A stretch of DNA of 58,644 bases, counting the filler, from Sphacelaria rigidula (lineage: Eukaryota), in the NCBI GenBank assembly GCA_964200075.2. It is 7 parts of 7 records of this genome, joined end to end, with 100 filler letters (N's around TTAATTAATTAA, not from the genome) between each part and the next. Parts side by side here need not be neighbours in the genome. Positions count along the whole stretch, not along the records: positions 1 to 8,293 come from CAXNAA020011624.1; positions 8,394 to 16,685 come from CAXNAA020011625.1; 5 more parts are not named here. One strand, 5' to 3'. The position numbers and the translations under genes are program-made. The notes below the pieces were generated by a model that did no database searches, was not told the DNA's origin, and saw only the letters and a program-made list of their open reading frames with translations. Shown here piece by piece: positions 1-12,755 of the stretch. Positions within the stretch are counted from its first letter, which is position 1. Each line of letters begins with the position of its first letter.

Positions 1-203
1 TCCCTTGCCATCCCAAAACGTTTTCAAGGGCAGGCGGGCCCCTTCCTTGTATGGGGCTCGGCAAAAGAAACGCAGCGTTTCCCCCCCCCCCCCCCCATGC
101 CCACAGGGTATAACGTGCTTGTGTATCCCTTTTGTTATGTCCTCGTGCTAGCGGTTTCATTTTTGGGGGGTGTTACCGTGTTGCTGTGCTGGGTGTGTTG
201 CAG

Positions 204-2887
204 TACCGCGGCTACGAACAGGTGCTGTTCGGAGAGGATGAAGAGTGTGTCGGCACGGTGGATGATTACAGCAGCTCCCTTTCAGAGGTGCGCCGAACTA
301 CAGTCACTTCAGTCGTCAGGGTGTTGGCACAGTGAATGATGCGAGGCCGTGAGCCGAGTGCAAGGACTTTCATTTTACCACAGTGCTTTGTTTTTGAGGT
401 CGATTTCAGATCAGAACGCCCGCATTCTTTTCACCTGATTGGATGGTGTCTGCTGTTGTCGTAGCTGCTCTATGCCGACAGATGAATATCCTCGGACGTG
501 ACGCTGTTATGCATCCTGGTGTCGAGATTATTGACTCATCACGCGTCTTGGGGCAGTCCGTTCGTGTTTTTTTTTTCCACTATGTTTCTCCCGTGCTGTA
601 AAGGGTTGAACACAGTTATTTTGATGGCAACTTTGTGCAGCACTATGCTCTGCCTGGTTTATTCTCTCCTTGGAGTGTTTGCAATGATCATTTCGGTGGT
701 ACGGCAACCCTCCGTGCCATCATCCTCACTAGAGATGGTGCGCGTGGAATATCTAGCTTGCGAGTGGCGGCGCATGAGCATTTTCGAGGGGAAGGAGCAT
801 GTTTCCATGCAAGCACGGCTGACACTATTGCGTTCCCCACAGCATCAGGTCTTGTTCTGTTTTGTTTTGCCCCAGGTGCACCTGGTTGAAAACGTGCAGC
901 GAAGGGATGAACGGTACTGGCTCCCCGGTCAGCCCGAGGAAGCGTACGTCTGCATTCGGGTAAGGCCGAGTAGGAAACAGCTGCGCTGCACTGCCCAGGG
1001 ATGACGATAGTAGATGACAACCATGTTGCCGAGTATATTCCAACAGTTGTCCCTGCATGTGTTACCCTATCCCACCGTAGTCACCATAATTGATTGCGCA
1101 AGGAAGCGCACGTGTGCACCAAGAAGACTGCGCAACGATGAATAGCTCTGTGGAAACATTATGATGACACCGTGCAATAGTGCAAAAAACAGACTCAACT
1201 ATCGTTGGACACATGCCGGGGTGTCGAGTATGACGCTATACCAGAGAGCGAAAATAGTCGACTGTCGTGCAAAGTTTGTAGAGATAGATGACTGCCACCA
1301 CGCCAGGCGTGGGTTCCGAACGGAGTGGATATATCCAACCACAGTTTCGCTATGTATAGTGGCCTACAACGGAACACCTGCATTCAGTGCGTGTTTGCAG
1401 GCGCGCTGGAGGGATGCGATACGTGTGCTTTGTTTTGCACTCGGCGAATGTCGCGATGACGATTTTGTCGAATAGTATTCTAGATGTTATGAGTATGCCC
1501 GCTGCTTCTGACGAAGCACGCGCCCGATTCTTTGCTGTTTGATATTCTGTTTTTGGTGTGTGCGTACAGTTGGATCGAGTGCGGCGCATCACAAAATTCC
1601 GCTTCCAAAACCGCTACAGCGAAGAGTTTGAGCTCGCCGTTCGTCGCACCAGAAAAGAGGAATGGCAGGTGAGAGCGCTCGACACACTGTACTTTTGGAA
1701 GAAGTTCACGTCTGAGTCGTTGCAGTCATAACAAGTCGAAGTGAATGCCGCGAATACTGTAGTCTAGATCCAGCCTGTCCAGCGTGCAAGCTAAGTGACT
1801 CCCCACTCCCCAATGTTGTTTTTGAAGTTGGAGTATCGGAAAAAACTGTGGAGTTCCACGGAACGAGGCAATAAAGATCATGGGCTGTATCAAGTACACT
1901 AGACGAAAGTTGGCCAACGTTTATTTCGCAACGCACAGCATGGCAGAAATTAGAGTTCTGACTGCGGAGAGGTGGGGTGAAGAGGGTGGTGGGGTGGGGG
2001 TAGGAGGTGGCGCCATATGCTTGTGAAATTACTATCGGCTCTGCTGTAGTGCACTACGTGGACAAGAAATCGAACACGAGAGGCTTCTTCACGTTTGATT
2101 AAATCACAAATGGTGTAACAGACAACCAACATGCGAATGTTCTCAGGATTGTGTATTCCGTGAATGGATGGAAAGTCTCACAGGCATCGCTGATGACTTG
2201 GGACCCAACGCAAAATACTGTTGTGCGATCTGTTCTGTGATTTGGGGGTATTAATACCCCGTATGAATTGCGCTTCTACCAGTGACTATTTCGCCCACCG
2301 ATCTTACGGGGGACTATAGCATGTCTAGGAAGCGAATAGTTTACCCATTGAAGCAGTGAGCCGCTCACTGGTTTAATGTGTAAACTGTTCGCGCTCACTG
2401 ACTCAAAGGGTATGCGGTTCGAGACACGGTGTGATCGATTGTGAAGGTTTGATATGTAGACAGTGAGGCTCGCGAGAGGCCGGGCGCTCCTGAGATCACT
2501 TAATTGTCACGTCGGGAGGGACCACGCAGCGTACCTTTTATCCAGGAAGCGAACTGTTTACCTTTTGGACCAGTGAGCGCCCCTGCTTACTGCTTGCTAC
2601 TTGCTGCTTGAATGGGTTAACGGTTCGCTTCCTGGGCACAGCATAGCTGTCCTGATGCTTCATTCTACAGTACGTCCGTGCCTGTCAAATAAATGCGTCG
2701 CAATGGCGAACGTTTCGTGCGGCAGGTGATTGTGCCGTGTCAGCCAAGCGGTGGTCACAAGGATGTCAAGGAACTGGATCTGATGCGCAAGAGGGTCAAA
2801 GCTCGACACGTGAAGATATCTCTCAGAGGCAGAAAGAGGTCCTGTTATAACACGTCTGTGTACTGGACCGAGCTGCTAGGCTTCTGA
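204..2887 (+). CDS. 3' part of a spliced gene ending in a galactose-binding-like beta-sandwich domain (XRCC1-N / discoidin / nicolin-like); 5' end off contig
   Basis: Four phase-0 AG/GT-bounded exons, 204-287, 876-959, 1570-1668 and 2726-2887 (TGA), splice in frame: YRGYEQVLFGEDEECVGTVDDYSSSLSE|VHLVENVQRRDERYWLPGQPEEAYVCIR|LDRVRRITKFRFQNRYSEEFELAVRRTRKEEWQ|VIVPCQPSGGHKDVKELDLMRKRVKARHVKISLRGRKRSCYNTSVYWTELLGF*. The SS..H..EN...W, L...IT...N and AR.VKI pattern resembles galactose-binding-like folds; the fold call is by eye. Confidence 0.75.
2325..2635. mobile_element. two copies of a small palindromic MITE-like element in an intron
   Basis: Copy 1 (2325-2392): AGGAAGCGAATAGTTTACCCATTGAAGCAGTGAGC/GCTCACTGGTTTAATGTGTAAACTGTTCGC. 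Copy 2 (2542-2635) has terminal inverted repeats CCAGGAAGCGAAC...GTTCGCTTCCTGG. Confidence 0.6.
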
Positions 2888-5022
2888 ACTGGCATCTCTC
2901 GTATAGAGGGATGATGTAACGAGGGACGTGGTGGCACCGTGCTTGTTGCCTCTCTGTTGTCGAAAGTGTTTGGACGTGCGTAGGTGTTTCTCGCCTTGCC
3001 TGACCTTGCCTTGCCAAAGTTTGCGTGGGTGGGTTGTGTGTGTTGTCTCATTTATTCTGGACGCCGGTCTACACCTTTCGGTATATGTGGGCGGACCAGC
3101 CGGGGTCACTCAGGAAGAAGTCCAACACAGGAGTTTTCAAAATTTTGCTCTAGTTCTCCACCTTCCCTTCTACGGTGCTTGCCTTTATTTTTTATCGTGA
3201 GAGGGTATCAGCAGTCCCTTTCACACGTCGACCATCTAGTCGATTTTTTTCCGACGATAAATGTGCTTTGCGGGTATACTATGCATTTGCCATACGATGT
3301 CTTTCGTGCACCTTGGTATCTAGGAGACATGATATAAAACCCGTTCACGTCTGACTCGGGAAGAGGGTGTGTTACGTGTGGTTGGTGCGTGTGAAAATAT
3401 GGAAAGTCCGTCGCGTATCTGTAGTGATAAAGTGGAATAGTGCAGGTAATGAAGTGAAAGAGTGCAGGTGGGGGGGGGGCGTATAAGGCTCTGTGGATCG
3501 ATTCCCGTCCATGTCAAGATTTGCCGAACATGTAGTCAGTAACTTGTGGTACGGTTATTCAATACGTTCGGGTGAAATTGAGTGTGTGTCCGTGAGCGCA
3601 TGTATATTTTGATGTCGGCGCGCGGCTAGTGTAGTGCCATTGAAACGTATGTACATTTTCCGTACATAGTGAGCGTATCGTACGCATTCTGTTGTGTTTT
3701 CTTGGTGTGCCCATGCAGAAGGGAGCGAGATGATGCTCTCCATGTCTAGTAAAGTAACACCCATGTTGCTCGCGTCAAATTACCCACGCGCATGTACAAA
3801 AAATTAGTACCGGTATACAGTATCATGAACCTTGAGAAAAAAACACGATGCCTCGGACAAGGTCCATTTTTCCGTTGAAGATTTCAAATTAAATAGGGTG
3901 TGGCATGGCGAGAGATGAATACTCTTCTATTGTGGGCTTTATCGATTGGACCGCTGTCCTAGACAGTCTCATTTCCTTATTCTCAGTACCTATAACAGCT
4001 GGGTACCTGGGTGTGGCGGGTGAGGTTTCGGAAGGGTAAATATATGTTCATGAACATTATGCACGATCATGGTGGTGGGCTCATCGTATGCAATCAATTT
4101 GTCGTGTCAGATCCCGAAGCGCTATGATCCAGCACGTATTTATGTGTGGCTGATGGATGCGTGCTATTACCCATTTAATCCTTGGATATTGTTCGTTGGG
4201 CAGCACGGTGTATCCTGAGAAGTGAGAAGTGCATCTATGTCTATGACTTGGATGATAATCCTATCGTGACAGGACATGCTTTTGTTGTCAACCCTTTGAC
4301 TGCCAGGGTGGTTCATCTGAATCCTCCACTCATTTCTCGAGTGAAAATAACAGCACCGACTTCACAGCCTGCAGTCCACGAGTTGCTGGGTCACGACCTC
4401 CTTCCACAGCATTTCTTGTTGTACTATACATCATCCTTTTCTGAAACCCAGCAAGGTGGAGGGTAACCTATCGATGTTTAGTCGGTAACGGTACGGGGTT
4501 TTAGCCTCGTCATATTTTTCTTGTCTCCCCCTTCCTTTCTTTTTGTTCACTCAGTGTTTGATTGTCATTGTCGTTGTCATTCCTCTTTCAGACTTCTTTT
4601 CTCGACATTCTGACGGAAAGTGTTGGAGTATCCATCTCGTCACCGTGACTGGACTGGTCGCTTATCAATCAGGGACAAAGGGCGACATTCAACCTGTCCA
4701 TGTGCAGGCTACGGGCCCATTGCACACTCGATGAAGGTTACCGGCCTGGGAAATTCGCAGCGCAAAAAAATCATCACACACATACACCCAGAATCTGCAC
4801 AGAAATAAGTGAAGGAGTAGAGAAAATCAAAAACAAACATGGGGTGAATTCTCAGCGGCTGCCTGGGTCATTCTCCGTGAGGGTATCATTTCACTGTCAT
4901 GCCTTGGATTCGACAAAAATATTCTCCCATTTTTGCACCATGTATTTGATGAAGGACTTGTCACAGACTGCCCTGTGTCCAGGGCGCTACCAAATTCAAT
5001 CTATTTCGTTCTTGAATCTCGA

Positions 5023-5770
5023 CGGTGTAAAACAATGTTTTCGTGAGATAAGAGTTCAAGTATGATCGAGAGTGACCAGTTAATTTGAACGGCGCGGTCA
5101 CACGCACCTTTGAAATTGTTACACCAGACGTTGGCTTCTAGCATAATAATAAGAGGCTAGTTGACCCCGAGAGCAGTAGACCTGAAGAAATGTTTGTATA
5201 CAAGAATCGGAATACTTGTGAGGCCGACAGACTCGTATGCTCCTCGCCTAGAGAGAACGCATTTTTGTTGAAATCGCGTCGCCACAGGCGCCGATTTGGG
5301 GTCCGCCAAGGCCGCACTTTGCCGAGGGAATGCACGTTCCACCCTTACCCGAGGGTTCTCGGTGGGCGTGGGGTTGAGGTTAGGGGTAGGGGTAGCGATA
5401 CTTGTAAAATTGTGTCACCCACTCTAAAACGTAGCCTAACGACGGTCAAACCTTGGACCACGGTGCGGGTAGTCCATCTGGATCACGCATACTGTTTTCA
5501 AGTGAAAATTGATGCCGATTCAGCAGGCGACCCACTTTTTTTTCAGACCTGTATCAAGTCTAAAATCGAGTAGTCATCCCTGTCAACCATTGTGTACAAA
5601 CATTTCTTCAGATCTACTGCTCTAGGGGTCAACTAGACTCTTATTATTATTCTAGAAGCCAACGTGTGGTGTAAAAATTTGAAAGATGCATGTGACCGCG
5701 CCATTCGAGTAAACTGGTCACTCTCAATCATACTTAAACTCTCAATCTCACGAAATCATAGTTGTAACCG
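5023..5770. mobile_element. foldback/MITE with ~180-bp terminal inverted repeats
   Basis: 5023-5203 is a diverged reverse complement of 5590-5770 (e.g. GTTGGCTTCTAGCATAATAATAAGAGGCTAGTTGACCCC vs GGGGTCAACTAGACTCTTATTATTATTCTAGAAGCCAAC). No convincing TSD. Confidence 0.75.
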
Positions 5771-8293
5771 GAGTGGTCTCGGCTGGACCCTTGTTAGAAG
5801 TGACTTTAAAATGAAGGTCTACCACAGGCACCCGGGGTATAGTGATGTGTCGTTGCACGGAAGCGTAAAGTTGTATTGAAGCATAAATCATGTTCGTGTT
5901 ATCACCGTCGCCCTACGTTCGCAAGGGCCCGCAGCAAGCCGGCGCTTAGACGCAAGCCGTTTCCTGGCAAATTCCCGCCAGGTCGTCCGGCACTAGTCCC
6001 AGCCACTACCATGCCTGTTTTCAAGTACACGTACAGAACTTGTTCTCCGGTATGCCGCAGACTATAAGTTGCAAACTGCTGTTTCTCGGGCAGACAGGAG
6101 ATGTTACGGATCGCGGCGTGGAGTGGTGGATAAGGGTAGTACGATGATGGGCCGTCGATTTCAAAACGACACTACGCGCCCGGAGGGCTGATTGCGGGAA
6201 CTGGCTAGTACCGCAATCAGGGGTGAGGATGATGTAATCCGTCAAGAGACGGAATACATCAACATGCCTCTTTACATCTGGTTGGATTCGGTTCTTTCCA
6301 GGGGTCGATTCAATCAGATGTCACCCTGGTGTTCACTTCTCTGAAGTGCGAGTCAATACCACCAAGAGAAAAAGAGGAATTGAATCGCGGCGTGAAGCTG
6401 TGATAAAGAATATCCTGACGCTTGGCTTGTATCGTTCTGCGTTGGACTTTCCCCACGTGCTGTGAGCCTACAATTGTTTCAGGAATAGCGGTAAGACTGT
6501 AACGATGTTTGATTCAAGCAGTGAGCAGATGCAAGAGGGTCGAAATGATAGTGGAACGAGCTATGTGCACAAATGGAATGGTGGAGTATGTAGTCAGATA
6601 GTGAGAATAAGTCGTATCGGCATAAGGTAGCGAAACTTCGTGACTTGCATGATCGATTTTCTGTCGTTGCTTCGCTGTAGTACTCGGCTTGCACAGTAGA
6701 TATACGCAAGGTGGACAACAACTATGGCCAACACTGTTCTGTTTGTATCATGGTGCTTCCAGCCGGGACTATTGTGTCGTATCATATTATCTGCGGTAGT
6801 CACACCCTCGGGTAGGTACCACGTTGGAGAAGGATATTCGTATTCGGTATATCATAAGATATAAGAAGAGCACAGTGTGATCTCGTTTTCATCATCGTGC
6901 AAGATTTATTTAGCAAGGACATAATTTGACAAAAAAAATGATCAGCTATCATGATGCGCGCTGGGGGCGACGCGCTCACGTTTTGCGTCAGTACAGTGGT
7001 GATCAAACTACGGAGACCGCTATAGTGGTCCCCACCACACTTGGGTAGGATGCGGAAACGCGCGTGGTCAAGGTGGTGAAAATCAATTCACTCCTGATGG
7101 CGGACCGAGTTTGGTTAGAAACTTCGAGATATCAGCCAACAAGACGTACCCATATATTTTATAAAATAAGTGTGAACATGTCTAAATCGGGCGATTTCTA
7201 TCTGCATTCACTTGCAAGTGCTATGTTTCTATTGCGAAACGCGTGCAAAACTAAAATCGGAGCGAACATCAATCAGCAGAGCCATCATTACACGATCATG
7301 CACAGAGCTGCGCCCATTAAAGCAAAAAGGCGGTAGTCTGGACAAGCGCTACAAGGTTATAATTTTGCAAAGAGCTTCAAGAGGCAGCAGCTGTCCGGGG
7401 CGGGAGGTCAAGTTCTGCGTGCGTACATAGAAAATGACTGAAGAACATGAAGCACCGCCACATACGTGAGTCAGCGGGCCCATACCCATACAGCTAACAA
7501 TATAATTGCGGGCTTTTGGATTCGGATCCAGACCCGCCCGAAAACTGTACGTTGTGTTTTTCTTTTCGAGATCGTGGACCAAAAGTAAACTGAGGCGTTG
7601 CCTCGGGATGTAAAAGTAAATCAATGAATTGGTCAGCGGTCGATCTCGTGTGCGCTTAAAGTCGCTGCCTACTGGTTTTATCCTACGCCACCGAAGATTC
7701 GTGTCCAAGGCGTTGGGCAGCGGTTATTGCTTACCGACTGAGTTTAAAGTTAGGGGTGCAGCTACGACCGCTGGGCTTTATGTGTTTATTCTACAGTAAA
7801 ATGGGCATATGAAGTGCAATTCTCTGCGTGATTCGTTCCGTGCGTAGTGGGACAAAAATCAGTTCAGGCACAATACTGCTACAGGTTGACATCGTCTCTG
7901 CACCACGCGATGAAACGGCTCTAGGCTTACTGCACACAACGCACAGGTGTGGTTGTACACCGTCCGTTTGCAGTGAGATAAGACACCTGGAGGCTAGCTT
8001 TGTATACCACGCAGCGGATACTGGATGTGCGCACCCCTCCTGCGCAAGTCAACAGATCAAGTTGCCCTGCATCTCACAAACGCCCGTACACAGATGAAAG
8101 TGGTCATGGTGGGTTTGCGATAATCGTTTGTAACCCTTCGCATAGTGGATGAAAAAATTATGCTGGGTCGTGCCAGAGATTACTGTCGGTTGACCTTTTT
8201 CCGACTGTTCCGCGTGTCATTTTCCAACGAGCCAGATTTCGCCCACATAGATGCACGCCGCCCCCACATGAACCACTTGCTCTCGGACACCTA

Positions 8294-8393
8294 NNNNNNN
8301 NNNNNNNNNNNNNNNNNNNNNNNNNNNNNNNNNNNNNTTAATTAATTAANNNNNNNNNNNNNNNNNNNNNNNNNNNNNNNNNNNNNNNNNNNN
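8294..8393. other. artificial contig linker (44N-TTAATTAATTAA-44N)
   Basis: The same 100-nt spacer, with stops in all six frames, recurs at 16686-16785, 25078-25177, 33470-33569, 41862-41961 and 50254-50353. Confidence 0.98.
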
Positions 8394-8882
8394 TGCCACT
8401 CGACGCCAACCCAGGAGTCTAGAGGTGAGGGGGGGTAGGGGGAGTCTAACGGGGGGGGGGGGAGTACTGTAAAAAATAGCTAGTGAGTGTACTCTTGACT
8501 ATGTGTATTGTGAAGCGAAGAATGGGCTACAATTAGTGTCCGCATCTGTCTATGCTTGGTTTGGTCAGCCTTGATTTCACCGGGCTTTCAGACACGGGTA
8601 CTCTGGATGATGCAAGAGGGGAGTATGTACATTTGTGGATCATAAGCATACGTGGTATGCGATGGCAAACACTGTCTGATATCTTCGTATAGGAGAATCC
8701 CAGCACAGTGCGGTGGATCACCGGTACAACGCGACCGCACTATGCAGGGACCCGCATAACACTGGCATAGTACAATAACTTGATACCGTTTTGGCGGATC
8801 GGACTTTGTGGCGAGCAAGTTTGAATGCACTATCGTATTACCTCTCACTTTAGAGGGTCGTGCTGCGGGGAGCGTTGCATTT

Positions 8883-9217
8883 TCGTGTAACCTTCATCTG
8901 GGATGTCCGGGATGTGGACGTCTATCTGGAATATCACATCCCAGATGGATATCCACCTGGAATGTGAACGTTCATGTGGAATATTCATCTGAGACACCAG
9001 ATCCATCTGGTGACATTAATCTGGGATGTAGATATTCCTTTGAGATCTCCATCTGGAGTACGGACGTCCAACTGGTAAACTGACGTCCATCTAGAACATG
9101 GATCCTCATCTTGGATGTTCATCTGAGATGCCCACCTGGGGTATATGCATATCCCTCAGGGATATTCCAGATGGATATCCCAGTTGTACGTCAATATCCC
9201 AGATGAAGGTTTCACGA
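8883..9217. mobile_element. MITE with 22-bp TIRs and an internal array of CATCTGG(G/A)AT-like motifs
   Basis: Left end TCGTGTAACCTTCATCTGGGAT matches the reverse complement of the right end, TCGTGAAACCTTCATCTGGGAT (21/22). The interior is filled with CATCTGG/CCAGATG motifs in both orientations. Confidence 0.7.
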
Positions 9218-9599
9218 TGACCCACGACCTTGACAGTATGGTACCACCTCCCACTGAACTAGAAATATTTCACTTACCCCCTCGTCCGTTCCATTGGCCC
9301 TCCGGCTCTGCGGTATTATTGATGAACTGCACCATACCATGGATGCTCACGGGTGACCGCTGGTCGTGAAGTCCACCTGCGATAGCGCATGACATCAAGA
9401 TATAACAATAACAGCAGGGACGTGCGAACCCGTCAGAACACCCATGCCTGAACTCACAATACTCAACTCGACTCGCTCCCTGAAGAGTCGACGAGCTTCC
9501 CACAATCTTGATTTTCTCTCCATTGTCGGTGACTCGTGCCGAGGAGAAAACTCTAGAGGCCAGGTCCACACTCACTTCACCCATAGTACTAGGTTACTC

Positions 9600-10100
9600 A
9601 TTCATACGAGGTGACACGAGGCTCACTGTACGATTGACATCGCTCACACTGCTCGGAGGGGAGGAAGATATCTTCAACGTATATGCGCCATACGCCACTG
9701 CGTGAACAATATATCCAGCGGATGCCATTGGGTTTGGGCTCGCTCTGAACGCGAGCATGTATATTTAAAGGCCGGTGGTATAGTGGTACACGCGGGGGTT
9801 GTGACAAGTATGCTCGAGCAACGTATACTCGTAAGCCACTGGTAGTGTGTGACGAGCTTCCCGCATACCCAGCCTGCATCGCTTCAAATGGGCCACTCAC
9901 CACCTATCTCTCCGGCAGTGTTGTGTTGGAACGTCGTTCGTCCTACTACCTCAATGTCGTAGCAGTCTTTCGAGTACACGGCACCTGAGCGGGTTGAACA
10001 TCGGACGCACCGGTATAGATGGTTTCGGGTCGGCCAGTGAGTGCTTGCAAGGGTTGCTGAGGGCATGAACGGGTATTCGGACTGTGCAGAGCAGCACATT
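9600..10100 (-). mobile_element. possible degenerate LTR-retrotransposon integrase remnant
   Basis: Minus-strand peptide VSGPFEAMQAGYAG..HTTSG resembles the start of the integrase core (P.GPFE...D..GP...T..G..Y). Frameshifted, no intact DDE triad. Confidence 0.3.
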
Positions 10101-11410
10101 AAAGCTCGCTACGCCGACTGGACCACGCATTACTCGTGCGGTCTTTGCATCTTTTGAATCAGTGATTTTCGCTCTGGACATGTGCATCGATGTCCTCGGA
10201 CAAGTGCTGTAGGTTGCATTCGATGTGCGGCACACGAAGACTCATCTCGATATCATCGCCTTTTTAATCCTCAGCAAACCACCTGTGTGGCAGTCGCCGC
10301 TTGGTTAGTACCTTCAATCATACTGACTGACAGTTTACAAAGCTCAGAAATACCAATTAAGCACCCCTCCCCGTAGATACTGCGATCTGAAAAACGAAAT
10401 ATGCAATTCACATAACAAGCTACCCTGCACACACGCAGTTCAACCGGTCCATCTCACAGCAACACATGTTTCTTTGTATGCAGCATTATCACCTCCGCCA
10501 AAGGAGGCCTCGTTGAGGCTGAAGAAATTGTCCTCGGTGAGCTCCAGATGAATGTCATTTTCGGCGAAAATAGCTGCGCGTAAACATGAAGCGACAAGAG
10601 AGGGACGGATAGGAAAATGGGGATCCTGGGTGAGGAAGCACGGCCGTTTAACTGACAGGTCGGCAACGCCGGAGCCTGTTCGCGTGCGCAAGAACTGCTG
10701 AATGACGTCACCAAAGTGAAAACTCAAAAAAAGCTCTCGGCGTGGTGACCCAAGCGTTACAACGGTTTCGTTTCCCGTTCTTTAGGTGTAAGCAAACTGA
10801 TACCTGAATATGTACGCAAAATTAGTTCATCGTTCAATACAAAATACTCTTGAATACTTGTGGTGCAGCGGTACAAGCAAACACGAGATCGCAGACGTGA
10901 GTAGAACGAGGTTGTATATTTGAGGCCGGTACAAATCAAGCTTGGTTGCTTCCCAATTTCAACTCAAAGACCCCTGACTGCGCTGACGACAGCACTTGAG
11001 GCAGGAGTTGGCACGGACACTGAATGTAGCCACCTCCCCCCTCCCCCCTCCCCTCCCTATCCCCTCCTCTTCTGTTTCATGAGGCCCTCAGCGAGGCTTT
11101 TAAAGCATCACCCAAGCCCTCTACATCACCTCCGCCGTTTTCAGCTTCATTTTTCGCGAAAGTCGTGGTGCCACCTAGAAAAACCGTGCCACTCGCGAGT
11201 TTTGAAGCATCTTGTTTCACCGGTTCTTCGTGCATAACCTCTGCATTAGGAGCGTTCGAAGTTCCGCTCGCATAGATCGCCCCTACACGAGGGTAACAAG
11301 TGCAGAGGGTGAAAGAACGGCGTTGAGATTATCGACTGGCCACAACAAGGGGTTCCTTCACGTGTACCGTGAAATAAACGTGTGCACTTTGTGGGTGATA
11401 TGGTTGCCAC

Positions 11411-11745
11411 CACGCCCAGTGATCTAATGGTGCAAGTGTCACTATTAGGTCGAAACACTGCGGGTTTGATTCCCGGGAGATATATTTGCGCTTCTTGAGG
11501 CTGAAATGTGTCTAACTTCCGTCCTTGAGAACGTACTTCAGTAAGAACGCGAGAACGTGAGCGGCGACAAAAGTTGGTGAGTTTGACGACAGCCGACGCG
11601 GTGCGGGAGTGCTGATCCAATCCGCGATCCCAAAAGGCAAGGCGTGTATCGGGGGAGAGACGAGTCGATCGGTCCTCTGAGACCACAGACTCATCCCAAG
11701 GAAGGGCAGCAGTAAAACGTGTGCAAAGAACAAAAATGGCAAAGA
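11411..11745 (+). mobile_element. tRNA-derived SINE, copy 1
   Basis: Pol III A-box-like TGATCTAATGG (11420-11430) and B-box-like GGTTTGATTCC (11463-11473), followed by a body (11544-11737) similar to 12553-12749. Confidence 0.6.
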
Positions 11746-12436
11746 GTAGCATATTTGAGTGGTGTGAGTACAGTGCGGACGTCAGTACTGATGATTAGCT
11801 GAGAGTGTGGGAGACACGCGTGACACCTCACAAATGTCACCCTACCGCACGTGACAAATCGTATCACCGATGCGTTTACCACACCCCTCCCGGAAAACGT
11901 TTCCGGGTAAAAAACATTTGGTCGTTTCTGGGATCTGTCGGCATCTAGTATAGTGTACGTGACACATGTGCTCCTCGAGAAAAAAAAACGTTTTGGGGTC
12001 GCAAACGCTTCATCACCTCGGGGACATTTCCATTTCCACCGCCACGTACGGTAATATATTTCAAGAGCAATCTCCCGCCGGGCGCGAAGGACCACCGTTC
12101 GTCCAGGAACACACGATAGAGCCATGCACATACGTCGTCAACTGCACCACCTTGATCAATTTGATGGCGAGTACGTCCTCCTCAAATGTAGAGCTAGGCT
12201 ACGTTCCAGCTGCGTGCGAGTCGGCGCAAACTTCGCTCTAAGTTTGTTCATAGGAACGCTGAGCAGATTGGAGTTACGTTCAGGTCGGTCTTGTTCTACG
12301 CTGTGAGCAGATGCAGCCACGCCGTGTACAGTATTCTCCAGAAACACTCGAGAGGGGGGATACATGCATGTACATTGATTCACATGGACTGACTTCAAAC
12401 CTTTATCGACCTCCATATTTCCATAGTGTAGCCGCA

Positions 12437-12755
12437 GCTCCTCGATGGTCCAATGGCACAACGTGTACCGTAAGATCGAAAAAATGTGGGTTCGATTACC
12501 GACAGATGTACCTTTTTTAGTTATTTATGAGAAGCATCTGATTCCCGTCGTCAAAAACGCGAAGACGTGAGTAGCAGAGAAAGTACGCTTGACGATAATC
12601 GACACCAGGCAGGAGTGCTGATGGTCATGATCCAACCTACGATACCAACGTGTCAAGGCGTGTACCCAGGGAGAGATGAGTCCATCCCGTGAGACCACGG
12701 ACTCGTCCTGAGAAGGGGCAGGAGTTAAAAGTGTGACAAAATCAAAGATTTAAAA
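12437..12755 (+). mobile_element. tRNA-derived SINE, copy 2
   Basis: A-box-like TGGTCCAATGG (12446-12456) and B-box GGTTCGATTAC (12489-12499), same 43-nt start-to-start spacing as copy 1. Shared body includes CAAGGCGTGTA..GGGAGAGA.GAGTC...GAGACCAC.GACTC.TCC. Confidence 0.6.

Noticed and set aside
6088-6140. Purine-rich tract followed by TGTTACGG, like a PPT plus LTR start
   Set aside because: No second LTR, terminal CA or TSD could be identified.
11411-11480. Functional tRNA gene
   Set aside because: No proper acceptor or anticodon stems; better explained as a SINE head.
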